DNA of 64,000 nucleotides from the NCBI GenBank assembly GCA_943787175.1, contig CALSLK010000003.1:67409-131408 (forward strand), written 5' to 3'. Both the position numbers and the translations under genes were made by a program. Origin of the DNA: an uncultured Alphaproteobacteria bacterium. Lineage in GTDB: Bacteria > Pseudomonadota > Alphaproteobacteria > SP197. The notes below the pieces were generated by a model. It had not been told where the DNA came from, ran no database searches, and worked only from the letters and a program-made list of their open reading frames with translations. Below are positions 61,991 to 64,000 of the stretch, piece after piece; the first letter of the stretch is position 1, and the number at the start of each line of letters is the position of its first letter.

Positions 61991-62830
61991 ATGAGCGATC
62001 AAACCCTTTCCCAGGAAGATCTGGAGACATTCAGGCGTGACGGCGCGGTTTGTCTGCGCGGTGTGATCGACCAACCCTGGCGCGACCTGCTTGCGCACGG
62101 CATCGCGCGGTCCATGGAAACACCCACCATCCATGCGCAAACCTATGCGCGCGATGATCAAGGTGCCCGCTACTTCATGGATACAGTCCATTGGGGCCAT
62201 ATCCCCGAATTCATGACCTATGCAAACGATGGCCCGGCATCTGCGTTGGCAGCACAGGCGTTGGGTGCGTCGACCATGGTTTTTCTGGAACAGGACTGGT
62301 TCTACCAGGATGCGGGGTCAAGCGGGCGCACACCATGGCATCACGATCTGCCCTACTACGACCTCGAAGGCACCTTTGCGACGGTTTGGGTGCCCCTTGA
62401 TCCGGCGCCTGATCAGGTACGCCTTGAACTGATCGCAGGTTCGCATCTCTGGCCGGACCTCTATGTTCCCAACAGTTTCGACGGCAAGGGCGCAAAGGCC
62501 GATGTCGGGGTTGTTCGGGGCAAGCACTTTAAGTCGATGCCTGCCTTCGACGACGAACGCGACCGCTATCATATTCTGGGCTGGGACATGGAGCCGGGTG
62601 ATTGCGTTCTGTTTCATTGCCGGACCATCCACAGCGGCGCGCCGTCCCAAACGCAGGGGCAATTTCGCCGTGCTGCGACACGGTTCGCTGTTGCGGATGA
62701 TTGCCGCATTGCCCGAAAGGGCGTGTCCTGGTCGGATTTTTACGAAAATCTGCCGCTGAACCTTGACGACGGAGCGCTGGTTTCCAGCAACCCTGACTAT
62801 TTCCCCCAAGTCTGGCCCAGAACGCCATGA
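61991..62830 (+). CDS. PhyH-family Fe(II)/2OG dioxygenase, paralog 3
   Basis: HxD (TPWHHDLPY) and distal His (RTIHSGAP). Confidence 0.75.
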   Translation: MSDQTLSQEDLETFRRDGAVCLRGVIDQPWRDLLAHGIARSMETPTIHAQTYARDDQGARYFMDTVHWGHIPEFMTYANDGPASALAAQALGASTMVFLEQDWFYQDAGSSGRTPWHHDLPYYDLEGTFATVWVPLDPAPDQVRLELIAGSHLWPDLYVPNSFDGKGAKADVGVVRGKHFKSMPAFDDERDRYHILGWDMEPGDCVLFHCRTIHSGAPSQTQGQFRRAATRFAVADDCRIARKGVSWSDFYENLPLNLDDGALVSSNPDYFPQVWPRTP

Positions 62831-62849
62831 CCAATCAGGATGCCCCCTC

Positions 62850-63278
62850 ATGAAATTTGCCATCGTTTCGATTACGGCCTTGATGCTGTTGTTTGCAAGC
62901 AGCAAGACCCAGGCGCAAACCATCGACCTGGAGCCGTTCTCCGGCGAAGCTTTCTGCTACGGCACTGAGCCGTTCTGGTCGCTTGACTATGCAGACGGGC
63001 AGGGGCGCTGGTCGAACTATGGCAGCGATGGCTGGTTGGAGTTTTCGCTTTCCGGCACGTTCCGTGTTGCCGGGGCTGCCTATGGCCCAATTGCGGTGTG
63101 GCGCGGAAACACGGGTGAACCCGATGCTGGCGACTATGTCATCGTTGCAGAACCTGCAGAAATCGAGGTTTCCGAACAGGATGACTTCCTGCCGACCCAT
63201 GCAGCGGTGGTTGTGACGCCCAAAGGCGAATTGTTGCGCGGCACCTGTTCGTTGCCCGCCCGTGCTATTGGCTGGTAG
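62850..63278 (+). CDS. Secreted hypothetical protein
   Basis: Signal peptide MKFAIVSITALMLLFASSKTQAQ. 143 aa. Confidence 0.4.
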   Translation: MKFAIVSITALMLLFASSKTQAQTIDLEPFSGEAFCYGTEPFWSLDYADGQGRWSNYGSDGWLEFSLSGTFRVAGAAYGPIAVWRGNTGEPDAGDYVIVAEPAEIEVSEQDDFLPTHAAVVVTPKGELLRGTCSLPARAIGW

Positions 63279-63359
63279 GTCCCTGCAACTGGCGGCTTCC
63301 TTTCGACGGCGACATGCCTGTATGATGTCGCCAACAGGTTCTAAGGAACCGTTTCAGGA

Positions 63360-63569
63360 ATGACGTGGAGATTGCCGATGTTCGCTTTGACCCGACATGT
63401 ATTGCGGACACTTGCCGCGTTTTCCAGCCACGAAGAGGGCCTGGTCAAGGCCGAGCGCTCGCTTCTGACGGGTTGCTTCGTCATGCTGGTGATCACGATC
63501 CTGGTGCTTCTGGGCACGGACATTGCCGGATGGTTCGGCATTGAGCCTCCGGTCGAAGAAGACGCATAA
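63360..63569 (+). CDS. Small hypothetical membrane protein
   Basis: One hydrophobic helix (LLTGCFVMLVITILVLLG). Weak call. Confidence 0.2.
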   Translation: MTWRLPMFALTRHVLRTLAAFSSHEEGLVKAERSLLTGCFVMLVITILVLLGTDIAGWFGIEPPVEEDA

Positions 63570-63598
63570 GCCTCTGGCTGTCGGTTTGCGTTGACGGC

Positions 63599-64000
63599 TC
63601 AGCGCGAGCTCTCCTGAACACCTTCCAAAATCTCGACCCGAATTGGTGTCGGTTCCCCGTCATTGCAGGGATTGTTCATTTGTGGACAGTTCGAGATGAC
63701 CGCGAGTGTGCGCATCTCGGCACGCAGTTCCACGTGATCTCCGGCATGTGAACCGCCGCCGGGAATAGGAACAAAGGAACGTTCGGCAAGCTGGCCGTCG
63801 TTCACGACGGGAACATTGCAGAAAAAATTGACGTTGGGGACGATGTCGCGCCGCCCCAGGTTGTGATCCGACAGCGCGGTCAGGAAGTTCTCGCGGCAGC
63901 CCGGGCAATCCTTAACGCCATAAAGCATCTCGTTGCTGTGGGCGCTGCAACAACCCCCAATGGTGTCATGGAAGCCGCCCACGCTATCGGCGACCATGGT
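63599..64000 (-). CDS. Hypothetical protein, 3' part only (the gene continues beyond the window edge); possibly DUF1989 / urea-carboxylase-associated family
   Basis: ORF runs off the window. The NVNFFCNVPV segment resembles the NFFMNVP motif of DUF1989 proteins. Low certainty. Confidence 0.3.
   Translation of the reverse strand, partial: TMVADSVGGFHDTIGGCCSAHSNEMLYGVKDCPGCRENFLTALSDHNLGRRDIVPNVNFFCNVPVVNDGQLAERSFVPIPGGGSHAGDHVELRAEMRTLAVISNCPQMNNPCNDGEPTPIRVEILEGVQESSR

Overview
This 64 kb window is a high-GC, gene-dense chromosomal segment whose gene content looks alphaproteobacterial (Rhodobacterales/Rhizobiales-like). Core housekeeping is present: xseB-ispA-dxs, murA, maf followed by an RNase G-like gene, yacG, thiBPQ behind a clear TPP riboswitch, tRNA-Thr(GGT) and tRNA-Phe(GAA). 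Between these lie accessory transport and catabolic modules.

The finding I rate highest is an apparently uncharacterised locus at 11.5-21.9 kb. It starts with a near-consensus sigma-54 promoter (-24 TGGCAT, -12 TTGCT). The promoter leads into two tandem but divergent glutamine-synthetase-family (gamma-glutamyl-amine ligase-like) genes. These are followed by a PhyH-family Fe(II)/2-oxoglutarate dioxygenase, a PAS sensor, and a GAFTGA-containing sigma-54 enhancer-binding protein that could itself drive this promoter. A PotD/A/B/C-type ABC importer lies immediately downstream, with a succinate-semialdehyde dehydrogenase-like ALDH and a GMC oxidoreductase upstream. I infer a sigma-54-controlled amine or polyamine uptake and gamma-glutamylation pathway that uses an Fe/2OG hydroxylation step. 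The substrate cannot be named from sequence.

Other points of interest:
- A degraded integrative element sits at tRNA-Phe. It comprises a duplicated tRNA 5' half, a truncated P4-type integrase, an IS3-family insertion with OrfA/OrfB and an A7 slippery site, a C-terminally truncated MucR/Ros regulator, and repeated GTGACTAAG-like arm-type motifs.
- An actP acetate-symporter neighbourhood carries a DUF4212 partner, a CBS-DUF294 protein and an unusual membrane-anchored PAS-DEDDh exonuclease.
- A Rieske oxygenase / omega-transaminase / FAD-oxidoreductase cluster, a sulfotransferase plus reverse-transsulfuration cluster, and three PhyH-family paralogs are also present.
- About a dozen genes are broken by single-base frame changes, often at homopolymers (actP, RND permease, transaminase, RNase G, TPR-methyltransferase and others). 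That density points to indel sequencing errors, or possibly extensive pseudogenisation, and should be resolved before any functional claim is made.
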